IMG/VR virus record: IMGVR_UViG_3300029110_000001
Reading direction: 5' to 3' (one strand)
DNA from: a virus
Length of the DNA stretch: 38,551 nt
The notes under the pieces are model-generated. The model did no database searches, was not told the origin of the DNA, and was given only the letters and a program-made list of their open reading frames with translations. Position 1 is the first letter of the stretch. Each line of letters opens with the position of its first letter. Below, piece after piece: positions 1 to 7,204 of the stretch. Position numbers and translations under genes: made by a program.

Positions 1-79
1 TCGAAGGTGGAAGTAAAGCCTACGTTATTGACGGATTCAATGCTTGCATCAGAAGGCGTGGATATATTGGACATTTATG
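1..79. repeat. Terminal overlap, copy 1. It is identical to 38473-38551, indicating a circular or circularly permuted genome opened arbitrarily.
   Basis: I compared the first 79 nt (tcgaaggtggaagtaaagcc...ggacatttatg) base by base with the last 79 nt and they match exactly. An ORF runs through the junction in frame. Confidence 0.95.
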
Positions 80-350
80 CGGATATGTCGAAGTGCCTGA
101 CGGATTGGATATCGACATTGACGAAATTTACTGTCACGGTGGTATTACATTCAATGACTGTTGGGACGAGCTCCCGACTGACGGCCACTATATCGGTTTT
201 GATTGCATGCACTTCGGAGATTGGGACCCACTCTTAGCTAGCAATGGGTGGTCATTTGTCAGCCACACTTACAAAGACACCGAGTTTGTCTTGAACGAAA
301 TCAAAAGCATTATCAAACAACTAAAGGAGAAACAACATGAAAATTTTTAA
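3..350 (+). CDS. Hypothetical early protein, 3' part. This is the same gene as 38430-38551, which wraps around the window ends. The full product is about 130 aa and rich in His/Cys/Asp.
   Basis: The open frame from nt 3 continues the ATG at 38430 through the 79-nt overlap. Stop TAA is at 348-350. Motifs seen: HLCGYVEVP, CHGGITF, GFDCMHFGDW. Confidence 0.75.
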   Translation, partial: EGGSKAYVIDGFNACIRRRGYIGHLCGYVEVPDGLDIDIDEIYCHGGITFNDCWDELPTDGHYIGFDCMHFGDWDPLLASNGWSFVSHTYKDTEFVLNEIKSIIKQLKEKQHENF

Positions 351-477
351 CTGGATTTGGAGCAAGAAACAAGAACAAGTAGAAGTCTATGAAGTTCCAC
401 AATGGGAATCTTACACAGCTAAAGCTAGACGTTACAACCTAGATCATGGGCTACCAGAAGACAGACTAGTGGGGTAA
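337..477 (+). CDS. Small hypothetical protein (46 aa)
   Basis: ATG at 337 lies 7 nt after a strong AAGGAG (324-329) and overlaps the upstream stop, as in translational coupling. Stop TAA is at 475-477. The ORF is too short for the supplied ORF track. Confidence 0.55.
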   Translation: MKIFNWIWSKKQEQVEVYEVPQWESYTAKARRYNLDHGLPEDRLVG

Positions 478-480
478 CTC

Positions 481-600
481 ATGAAGTTATTAAAGAAATT
501 GCTAACCAGAAAAAAACCTAAAGAGCCAGAATACTTTTTCGAGGTGGTTGAAACCCCAGAGGAAAAGAGAGAAAGGCTCAAAAACAAATATACAAACTAA
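481..600 (+). CDS. Small basic hypothetical protein (39 aa)
   Basis: ATG at 481 lies 3 nt after the preceding stop, with only a weak GGGG Shine-Dalgarno. Stop TAA is at 598-600. Confidence 0.35.
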   Translation: MKLLKKLLTRKKPKEPEYFFEVVETPEEKRERLKNKYTN

Positions 601-607
601 CGTCAAT

Positions 608-765
608 CTCTCAACGTGCAGCCATGGCCCTGCCGTGGAGTGTAACTTATACCCATAAAATTTCCCCAAAATTATACTAAATTACTTTTTTCCTAATATT
701 CCCATTTTACAAGTCTAACAAACATTGAAATGTTCTACGGTGGGGCTATGGGTGCACGTTGAGAG
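608..765 (+). repeat. Long imperfect inverted repeat with 31-bp arms (608-638 and 735-765) around a 96-nt AT-rich, G-poor loop. Candidate structured RNA or MITE-like element.
   Basis: Hand pairing with i + j = 1373 gives 26 Watson-Crick pairs, 4 G-U pairs on the + strand only, and 1 G/G mismatch. It starts 8 nt after the stop at 598-600. Confidence 0.8.
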
Positions 766-775
766 CACTAAAAAA

Positions 776-795
776 GCATGGGTTAGGGCCCATGC
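776..795 (-). terminator. GC-rich hairpin (gcatggg/cccatgc) whose T-tract polarity fits a minus-strand intrinsic terminator
   Basis: A 7-bp stem (776-782/789-795) is flanked by A6 (770-775) and AAGAAAAAAA (796-805). A U-tract follows the hairpin only when read on the - strand. Confidence 0.35.
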
Positions 796-826
796 AAGAA
801 AAAAACATCTATAAGGAGATTATATC

Positions 827-2701
827 ATGAAATCTTTTAACACTCAAACAGTCGCTAAAACAAGCTATGTAAAAACTAAAGCATTTGGCTTGTGCGGTAC
901 ACTCGCACTCGCTACAGCTCTATTGCTTGGAGCTGGATCAGTGTCAGCCGATGAAACTACAGCGCCAGTAGCAGATACTCAGCCACCAGTAGCAAATGTA
1001 TACACTGCTGACAATGGTGGGAATGTTACAGTTACACCATCTGAAACAGTAGCACCAGCAGAAACTGCTACACCAGTGGTTGAAACAGCACCAGTGGCAG
1101 AACCTACACCGGTTACAGAAACACCAGTAGCGCAACCAGTGGCAGAAACTACAGCGCCAGTCGAAGCGCAACCTACTACATTCGTTAAAGAGGGTGACAC
1201 TATCCAAGTATCTAACCCTAATGTTGAGGTTGACCAGTCTCAAGGAACTGGTAAATACCAAGGCTTCACAGTGGAATACAAGGATGTAAAATTCCCTGAC
1301 GATATGGCTATCAATGAAGGGGATAAGGTTAAGTTCACTTTACCTGAAGAAGTGAAATTTCAAACTAACTTTGACTTTGATGTTTACAATCCTGACAAGC
1401 AAGTTGTTGGTAAAGCTACTACAGACACAGCAAGCAATACTGTGACTACTGTATTTAACAACTACTTTGCATCTCATCCGCTTAACAAGCAAATGAGTCT
1501 TAAAATGGACGCTACTTGGACAGACAAGGTCGAAAGTGGCAAGCCAGTCACAGTAAACTTCAATGGGACAGTGATCACCGTTAACATCGGCAAAGAACAA
1601 GAAATTGGTAAAGATGAATTACTTTCTAAATGGGGTAGTCAAGACGAGAATGACCCAACTGTTATCAACTGGACTGCTCGTATTAACTACGCTAAACGTC
1701 TATTGAATTACGTCACAATCATTGATGAGATGAGTGATAATCAAAAGCTTGTTGATAATTACTTCGAAATCAAATCGATTGAAAGCGTAGACCCTTGGAT
1801 TGATAAAGGTTCTGCTATGGATTTAGTAAAATCAATCAGTAAATCAGACCACGGTTTCACAATTAAAATGGATCGCCTTGATCATATGATTTATATTAAC
1901 TATAAAACTAAATTGATTAACGCGGTTAAAGAAAGCGTAAACCCAACCAATAAGGTTGAGTTGAAAGCTGAGTCAGACGGTGCTATCTCATACAGTTATG
2001 TTCAACTTGTCGGTGGTAAAGGCGATGCCAGTGGTGAGAACAAACCAGAGCCAACTTTTGAAATTCCACACGATGCACCTAAAGTTGAAATCCCTGAATT
2101 TAACGGTGGCGTTCCGGGTATTCCTGAAGAACGTGTAAAACCAGAATATACTGAGCCAATCGGAACAGTACCGAACGAAGCGCCAGTTTTGGATAAACCA
2201 GAGTGGAACGGTGGAACAGTACCGTTCGACGCTCCGAAATACGATAAGCCCGAATGGAACGGGGGCGTTATTCCTAATGATGCGCCACAGTATGATAAAC
2301 CCGAATGGCATGGCGGAACAACTCCATTCGATGCACCAAGCATTGATAAACCTGAATGGTCAGGCGGTGTCGTACCATTTGATGCACCTATCTTGGATTT
2401 GCCAGAGTTGCACATCCCAGAGGAACCAACTAAACCAACACCAGAGAAACCAGTAGAGCCTAAAAAGGTACCTAGCAAGCCCGTAGACGCTCCGAAAGCG
2501 AAAGAGGTAGAAATTACCGAGGTTGCTTATAAGCTCGATTCTGAGCCAAAAGAGGTGGCAAATACAGCCGTTTACGGCGGTGTTCTACCGAATACTGGTG
2601 AAAAAGAAGGCATCATGTCAACTCTTGGTCTTGTAGTCATCGCAGCGGGTATCGCAAGTTTGACATTAAGCTTTAAGAAGCACAACGAATGTGAGGAATA
2701 A
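827..2701 (+). CDS. LPXTG (LPNTG) cell-wall-anchored surface protein, MSCRAMM/adhesin-like, 624 aa
   Basis: RBS AAGGAG precedes the ATG at 827. The product has a signal peptide ending ...GAGSVSA/DE, a T/P/V/E-rich spacer and an Ig-like adhesin-type region. It also has 17-aa tandem repeats and LPNTG at 2585-2599, followed by a hydrophobic segment and a KKHNECEE tail. Confidence 0.9.
   Translation: MKSFNTQTVAKTSYVKTKAFGLCGTLALATALLLGAGSVSADETTAPVADTQPPVANVYTADNGGNVTVTPSETVAPAETATPVVETAPVAEPTPVTETPVAQPVAETTAPVEAQPTTFVKEGDTIQVSNPNVEVDQSQGTGKYQGFTVEYKDVKFPDDMAINEGDKVKFTLPEEVKFQTNFDFDVYNPDKQVVGKATTDTASNTVTTVFNNYFASHPLNKQMSLKMDATWTDKVESGKPVTVNFNGTVITVNIGKEQEIGKDELLSKWGSQDENDPTVINWTARINYAKRLLNYVTIIDEMSDNQKLVDNYFEIKSIESVDPWIDKGSAMDLVKSISKSDHGFTIKMDRLDHMIYINYKTKLINAVKESVNPTNKVELKAESDGAISYSYVQLVGGKGDASGENKPEPTFEIPHDAPKVEIPEFNGGVPGIPEERVKPEYTEPIGTVPNEAPVLDKPEWNGGTVPFDAPKYDKPEWNGGVIPNDAPQYDKPEWHGGTTPFDAPSIDKPEWSGGVVPFDAPILDLPELHIPEEPTKPTPEKPVEPKKVPSKPVDAPKAKEVEITEVAYKLDSEPKEVANTAVYGGVLPNTGEKEGIMSTLGLVVIAAGIASLTLSFKKHNECEE
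2180..2383 (+). repeat. Four tandem 51-nt (17-aa) repeats, AP..DKPEW.GG..P.D, inside the LPXTG gene. Degenerate copies flank them at about 2072-2179 and 2384-2415.
   Basis: I read four consecutive 51-nt units starting at 2180, 2231, 2282 and 2333. They encode APVLDKPEWNGGTVPFD, APKYDKPEWNGGVIPND, APQYDKPEWHGGTTPFD and APSIDKPEWSGGVVPFD. Confidence 0.9.
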
Positions 2702-2706
2702 CAACC

Positions 2707-3027
2707 ATGAAAGAAAACAATAAAAACATCGTATTCTACAGCGCTGAAAAGGATGGCTTTCTTACGAGCTATAAAGACAAAGGGAACATAGCGTTTACAG
2801 CGACTTTTGACGACAGACTTCGGGAAGCGTTACAGCTATCATTTGAACCATACGAAAAACAAAAAGCTGACATTGGCAAGCTTGCTGAAGCGTTTGGCTG
2901 CGAAGCGCTTATCGTAGAAGCTGAATACAACGTAACTAAACTTGACGGCTCGGACTTCGAACGCACAGAACGTGAACCAACCTTTGAAGACGGCTTTAAA
3001 GCACTTATGGAATTGTTTGCGAAGTAA
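2707..3027 (+). CDS. Hypothetical protein (106 aa), closely following the adhesin gene
   Basis: ATG lies 5 nt after the adhesin stop, and a GAGGA sits within the end of the upstream gene. No recognisable motif. Confidence 0.65.
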   Translation: MKENNKNIVFYSAEKDGFLTSYKDKGNIAFTATFDDRLREALQLSFEPYEKQKADIGKLAEAFGCEALIVEAEYNVTKLDGSDFERTEREPTFEDGFKALMELFAK

Positions 3028-3064
3028 TTAAATAAAAGCAGTGGTGGGAGGGTAGGCATTAAAC

Positions 3065-3247
3065 ATGGAACAAGAAACTTACGAAGTCGAGAACCGTTGG
3101 CGGAACAAGTACATGAATTTAGGTCGAGAGTTGGGGGAGATTATCAATAGTCAGCAAGACAGAATTTTGTCGCTAGCTCAAGAAAACACCAAGCTCAAAA
3201 GAGAGCTTTGGCACCTAAAAAAGTCAAAGGGCAGAAAATGGCTCTAA
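3065..3247 (+). CDS. Small coiled-coil hypothetical protein (60 aa)
   Basis: An ORF with a GGGAGG-type RBS upstream (3046-3052). The sequence is basic and helical. Confidence 0.55.
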   Translation: MEQETYEVENRWRNKYMNLGRELGEIINSQQDRILSLAQENTKLKRELWHLKKSKGRKWL

Positions 3248-3360
3248 AATCGCTTGTAACCGCCCTAAATAATCTAGTGGCACAATTACACTAGAGAAAC
3301 GGTAAAACGGCAAATAACCCCCAAAATTTGAGAATTAGGGGCATATAAAAAGGATATGAC

Positions 3361-4056
3361 ATGGAAGAAATGACATTTACAGAGTTGCAACAACGGATGC
3401 AGCTTAAAAAAAAGAAAGAAGGGACTGCCAAGTACGCTTCAAGGCACGCCGAGGACATTTACAACGTTTTTAAAAGTTTGAAATCAAATTGGAGCGTAGT
3501 AGTCAACTATGATCTAGTCGAATTTTCTGGCAAGGTTTTTATCAAGGCTATTGCAACGGCATCTAACCGAGAGGAGAAAGAGCAAGCAGTAGCGTTCGCA
3601 GAATTATCTCCCGTACCGATTTTGAAAACCCGCAACGGAGACTTAAAGCAAATGAATGAGCCGCAATGGGTAGGGGCCGTACAATCATACGCTGGGAAGT
3701 ACGCCTTGCAAGCACTATTTGCAATTGGCGAGGAAGACGTGGACCACTTCGAAGTGGCAGAGGAAAGTTTGAGACCAAACCAACCTCACAATGGTCAATA
3801 TCAAAACCAACAACCGAAAGCACAACCACAACCGCAAAACAACCCGCAGCCTAACTTTATCAGCAATGACCAGCATGATCTTATTATGCAACAAGTCAAT
3901 GAGTTGGCATTGTTGAGTGGCAAAGATTTCGAATATATCGAGAACTACTATCTACAGAAATACAAACTCAAGAATTTCCATGAGTTACTAGTTCCGGGGC
4001 TTGAAATTGTTGTCAATGACATTCAAGGGGAAATCAACAAAAGGAGAGGAAACTAG
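3361..4056 (+). CDS. Single-strand annealing protein, Erf-like (tentative)
   Basis: It sits immediately upstream of the DUF1351-like and SSB genes, as in Erf-type recombination modules. The N-terminal region resembles Erf, and it has a Q/P-rich linker (QYQNQQPKAQPQPQNNPQPN). Confidence 0.5.
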   Translation: MEEMTFTELQQRMQLKKKKEGTAKYASRHAEDIYNVFKSLKSNWSVVVNYDLVEFSGKVFIKAIATASNREEKEQAVAFAELSPVPILKTRNGDLKQMNEPQWVGAVQSYAGKYALQALFAIGEEDVDHFEVAEESLRPNQPHNGQYQNQQPKAQPQPQNNPQPNFISNDQHDLIMQQVNELALLSGKDFEYIENYYLQKYKLKNFHELLVPGLEIVVNDIQGEINKRRGN

Positions 4057-4058
4057 AC

Positions 4059-5030
4059 ATGAAGGACGTAACAAACAATTTTCTTGAAACGATTGAACCG
4101 GTCTATACGCCGGGGCAGATCAACTTTGATTTTGAAAAATTCGATGCAGCTATTCAAGCAGCAGTTAGCGAGCTATCAGACGAACAACTAGACAGCTTGG
4201 AATATAACGAGGTCTTAAAAGAAATCACACGCTTCAAAGGGCTTGGCGACAAACTTGACGATAAGCGTAAGGAAATCGGCAGGATCTACAAAGACCCACT
4301 CACTGAGTTTGAATCTAAACTAGCGACCTCGCTAGAGCCATTGGAGGCACTCCTTGAAAAGCTACGTGCTAAACGTGATGAAGTCAAAGAACACAAAAAA
4401 ATGCTGCGAATTGACCACGTTAGATCGGTATTTGAAAGCAAATGCGAGCTAGCTGGACTAGACAAGGACACATTCAAGGACAAGTACGAGAGCTTTTCTA
4501 AGGTCGGTGACTTCATGAATAAGAAAATGAAGCTCAAAAAAGAGACAGAAGAAAAGATTGACGCTCTTGTTTTGGCTGAGTATGACCGACTGGAAGAATA
4601 CAAGTCTAACGTGGGCATGATTGAGGAACAAGCCCTTGACTATGAGTTACCAGCTGAACCATACACTAGAGCATTGCAGAACGACACACCTCTAGTTGAA
4701 ATCTTGCAACAAATGAAAAAAGACCGTGATGCAGCTATTGAACGTAAGCAGCAAGCGGAAGCTAAACAAAAAGCAGAAGCGGCACGCCTAGCAGAAATTG
4801 AAGCAATGGCTAAGCAATCAGTAAGCGAGGAAATCAAGGCAGTAAATGCTGAAACTGGTGAGGTTATCGAAGGCACAAAACCAGTCGAGGAAATGCCTAG
4901 CAAGCCCGTTGAACCGTACAAGGTCAATCTTGCTCTTACGTTCCACGGTGGTGAAAACCAATGGCATCAATTCGCTAAATTGCTTGATGACAACTTTGTA
5001 AATTACGAAATTCTAGGAGAAAATCAATGA
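4059..5030 (+). CDS. Coiled-coil phage protein, DUF1351-like (tentative), 323 aa
   Basis: Its size, charged helical composition and position between the annealase and SSB are typical of this family in Gram-positive siphoviruses. Confidence 0.45.
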   Translation: MKDVTNNFLETIEPVYTPGQINFDFEKFDAAIQAAVSELSDEQLDSLEYNEVLKEITRFKGLGDKLDDKRKEIGRIYKDPLTEFESKLATSLEPLEALLEKLRAKRDEVKEHKKMLRIDHVRSVFESKCELAGLDKDTFKDKYESFSKVGDFMNKKMKLKKETEEKIDALVLAEYDRLEEYKSNVGMIEEQALDYELPAEPYTRALQNDTPLVEILQQMKKDRDAAIERKQQAEAKQKAEAARLAEIEAMAKQSVSEEIKAVNAETGEVIEGTKPVEEMPSKPVEPYKVNLALTFHGGENQWHQFAKLLDDNFVNYEILGENQ

Positions 5031-5527
5031 TCAATTCGACCGTACTAGTTGGGCGCCTAACCCGTGACCCCGAACTAAAATACACGACCAGTAACATTGC
5101 AGTAGCTACGTTTAGCCTAGCTGTTAACCGCAACTTCAAAGATGCTAACGGCGAACGTGAAACGGACTTTATCAACTGTGTTATCTGGCGTCAGCAAGCC
5201 GAGAATTTGGCTAACTGGGCTAAAAAAGGTGCATTGATTGGCATTACTGGACGCATTCAGACTCGTAGCTATGAGAATCAACAAGGTCAACGGGTGTATG
5301 TAACTGAGGTAGTCGCTGAGAACTTCCAAATGTTAGAGAGCCGTGCGGCGCGTGAAGGTAGCAATGCTACTCAAGGAAATACATCGGGAGCCTTTGGCAA
5401 TGATAACGGCTACGCTGGGCCTTACCAACAAGCACCACAACAACAAGGGCCAAACTTTGCGAGAGATAACGGTCCGTACGGGAACAGTAACCCAATGGAC
5501 ATCACTAGTGACGATTTACCCTTCTAA
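5027..5527 (+). CDS. ssb: Single-stranded DNA-binding protein
   Basis: An OB-fold N-terminus ([20 protein letters not shown]...[19 protein letters not shown]...[11 protein letters not shown]), a Gly/Gln/Asn-rich tail and the acidic C-terminal DDLPF. Confidence 0.95.
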   Translation: MINSTVLVGRLTRDPELKYTTSNIAVATFSLAVNRNFKDANGERETDFINCVIWRQQAENLANWAKKGALIGITGRIQTRSYENQQGQRVYVTEVVAENFQMLESRAAREGSNATQGNTSGAFGNDNGYAGPYQQAPQQQGPNFARDNGPYGNSNPMDITSDDLPF

Positions 5528-5539
5528 TTTGGTGAAAAC

Positions 5540-6001
5540 ATGAAAATGATTTTAAATATCGAGCCTAAACCTCAAACAAGGCCACGATTTAGCAAGTTTG
5601 GAACTTATGAAGACCCTAAAATGAAGGCATGGCGTCGTCAATGCTCGCAACTTATCGAGCAAGAATATGACGGGCAATTCTTTGACGGCCCTATTATGGT
5701 TGATGTCACCTTCTATATGAAGGCACCTTTGAGCGTATCAAAAAAACCTACGCCAAAGGCTAGAGCTAAAACGTGGGACGCATTCAAGAGGTTCATGTCC
5801 GAGACACTTTGGCATTTCAGAAAACCCGATATTGACAATTTGGTCAAAGCGCTCTTTGATAGCATTTCAAACGCTGGTTACAACAAGGTTGATAAGAAGG
5901 GTATCGTCTGGACGGATGACAGTATTGTTTGCGATTTAAGAGCTCGCAAGAAGTACAGTCCTAACCCACGCATTGAATTTGAAATCAAGGAGCTCGAATG
6001 A
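5540..6001 (+). CDS. rusA: RusA-family Holliday junction resolvase
   Basis: Motifs PKPQTRPRF, DIDNLVKALFDS and VWTDDSIV match the RusA pattern. Confidence 0.8.
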   Translation: MKMILNIEPKPQTRPRFSKFGTYEDPKMKAWRRQCSQLIEQEYDGQFFDGPIMVDVTFYMKAPLSVSKKPTPKARAKTWDAFKRFMSETLWHFRKPDIDNLVKALFDSISNAGYNKVDKKGIVWTDDSIVCDLRARKKYSPNPRIEFEIKELE

Positions 6002-6036
6002 ACAGCAAACGACAAAAGAAGGAGATCAATTGAGCA

Positions 6037-6195
6037 ATGAAATATAAAGTTATAGTTTACTACGACAGCATGGAAGACAGTGAGCAAGTCTTCAGCAATA
6101 AAAACGATGCGATTAATGAATTACACAGATTAGGTGTTAAATATCGCAATGCAAGGAAATATAAGGTAGAAATGGTGGAAGTGAGCAATGGCTAA
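6037..6195 (+). CDS. Small hypothetical protein (52 aa)
   Basis: ATG at 6037 follows AAGGAG (6018-6023). Its stop at 6193-6195 overlaps the next ATG at 6188. Confidence 0.5.
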   Translation: MKYKVIVYYDSMEDSEQVFSNKNDAINELHRLGVKYRNARKYKVEMVEVSNG

Positions 6196-6398
6196 ATTTA
6201 TTAGAGTCACAAACATATCACAAGGAATTGACGTGGACACGATTTTAAATGTCGATGATATCGGACATATCTCTATTGGATCTAATATCATTTTTTGTAA
6301 AAACGCCGTTCGCAGACGGGACAAATCGGATTTATGTAAGAACCGAAACGATTGAGCAGTTAGAAAAGATTTTGCTAGAGGGAGAAAACAATGGATAG
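6188..6398 (+). pseudogene. Small phage gene interrupted by a +1 frame change at a T6 run (6291-6296). The reconstructed product is about 70 aa.
   Basis: Frame A (ATG 6188) reads MAKFIRVTNISQGIDVDTILNVDDIGHISIGSNIIF, then an unnatural basic tail. The adjacent frame reads VKTPFADGTNRIYVRTETIEQLEKILLEGENNG and ends at 6396-6398, overlapping the next gene's ATG at 6391. Confidence 0.6.
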
Positions 6399-6897
6399 AC
6401 AAGAAGCAGTGCAGAAATTAGCAAAGGTAGCACGTATTTCGGTAGCTTATGCTGAGGATTTATATGACTCGTTCTTCCCTAAACCAGTGGTGCCGCAGTA
6501 CGTGGCGGATTGGTATGAGGAACATAAGGACGATTTTGAAATAAAACTATTTCAATGTATCTGCGAAGCTGTTGAAAATTACGACGAAAACTCGGCAAAT
6601 GATTTTGAGAATTGGTTGATGTCTGATGATACCGAAGTAATCAAAACCCTCGTCAACATGCACCGATTCGGCTATGAGGTAGAGAAGGAGACTAGGTATA
6701 CGGTTCGGATTAAAGGGGTTGGTGGATACGCTACCCATCTAAATGAAAATTTAGACAATCATGAATGGTTCTTTGCATCAGATGACGAATTTAAAGGCTA
6801 TAGAATCAAGCACACCCGCAAAGAGCTTGAAGCGAACGGGTTCGGGTGGGTGTTCAACTGCCAAGGAGTGGAAGTGGAAGAGGTAACGGATGAATAA
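6391..6897 (+). CDS. Hypothetical phage protein (168 aa)
   Basis: A long ORF coupled to its neighbours at both start and stop. No catalytic motif recognised. Confidence 0.7.
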   Translation: MDRQEAVQKLAKVARISVAYAEDLYDSFFPKPVVPQYVADWYEEHKDDFEIKLFQCICEAVENYDENSANDFENWLMSDDTEVIKTLVNMHRFGYEVEKETRYTVRIKGVGGYATHLNENLDNHEWFFASDDEFKGYRIKHTRKELEANGFGWVFNCQGVEVEEVTDE

Positions 6898-7204
6898 TCT
6901 AATCAATAAAATCAATCGTTGGGCAGTTAGCCGTGGATTAAAGCAAGCTGACCCAAAAATTCAGTGGATGCGTGTGACTGAAGAGGTCGGAGAAATTCGA
7001 GATGTACTCTTGAAACCGACTAAATTCACGGAACCGCAAGCAGCACTTAAGGACGCAATCGGAGACACGTTGGTAACGATTATCGTGCTAGCACATCAAT
7101 TAGACCTCGATGTTACTGAGTGTCTAAGCATTGCATACGAGGAAATTAAGAATAGAAAAGGAAAGATGGTAAATGGAACATTCGTCAAGGAGGAAGATCT
7201 TTGA
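6890..7204 (+). CDS. MazG-like nucleotide pyrophosphohydrolase
   Basis: An EEVGE metal-binding motif (VTEEVGEIRD) and a downstream IGDTLVTIIVLA helix, with a size typical of phage MazG. Confidence 0.7.
   Translation: MNNLINKINRWAVSRGLKQADPKIQWMRVTEEVGEIRDVLLKPTKFTEPQAALKDAIGDTLVTIIVLAHQLDLDVTECLSIAYEEIKNRKGKMVNGTFVKEEDL

Noticed and set aside
7-237. 76-aa plus-strand ORF at the window start
   Set aside because: It is in a different frame from the ORF that continues across the circular junction (3-350). It has no RBS and an implausible composition, so I treat it as a shadow ORF.
608-765. Reading the 31-bp inverted repeats as an invertible promoter (phase-variable inverton) for the adhesin gene
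   Set aside because: A TATAAT lies on the minus strand of the loop (complement of 671-676) and would face the adhesin gene after inversion. However, it has no acceptable -35 or TG extension, the arms are imperfect, and no dedicated invertase is encoded; the only recombinase is the large serine integrase. A TATAAT is also expected by chance in such AT-rich DNA. I keep this only as a remote alternative, testable by looking for read pairs that support both orientations.
944-2478. Minus-strand and alternative-frame ORFs inside the adhesin gene (944-1261, 979-1200, 1340-1600, 1988-2311, 2002-2478 and 2211-2456)
   Set aside because: They are embedded entirely in a gene with clear signal peptide, repeat and LPNTG logic. 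They arise from the biased, repetitive Thr/Pro/Val-rich and tandem-repeat composition, and none has an RBS.
2471-2484. A 14-nt identity (cctagcaagcccgt) shared with 4896-4909, read as a recombination footprint between the adhesin and the DUF1351-like gene
   Set aside because: Both copies encode PSKPV in Pro/Lys-rich linkers. By my rough estimate of (38.5 kb)^2/2 divided by 4^14, about three exact 14-mers are expected by chance in a sequence of this size. The flanking similarity is weak.
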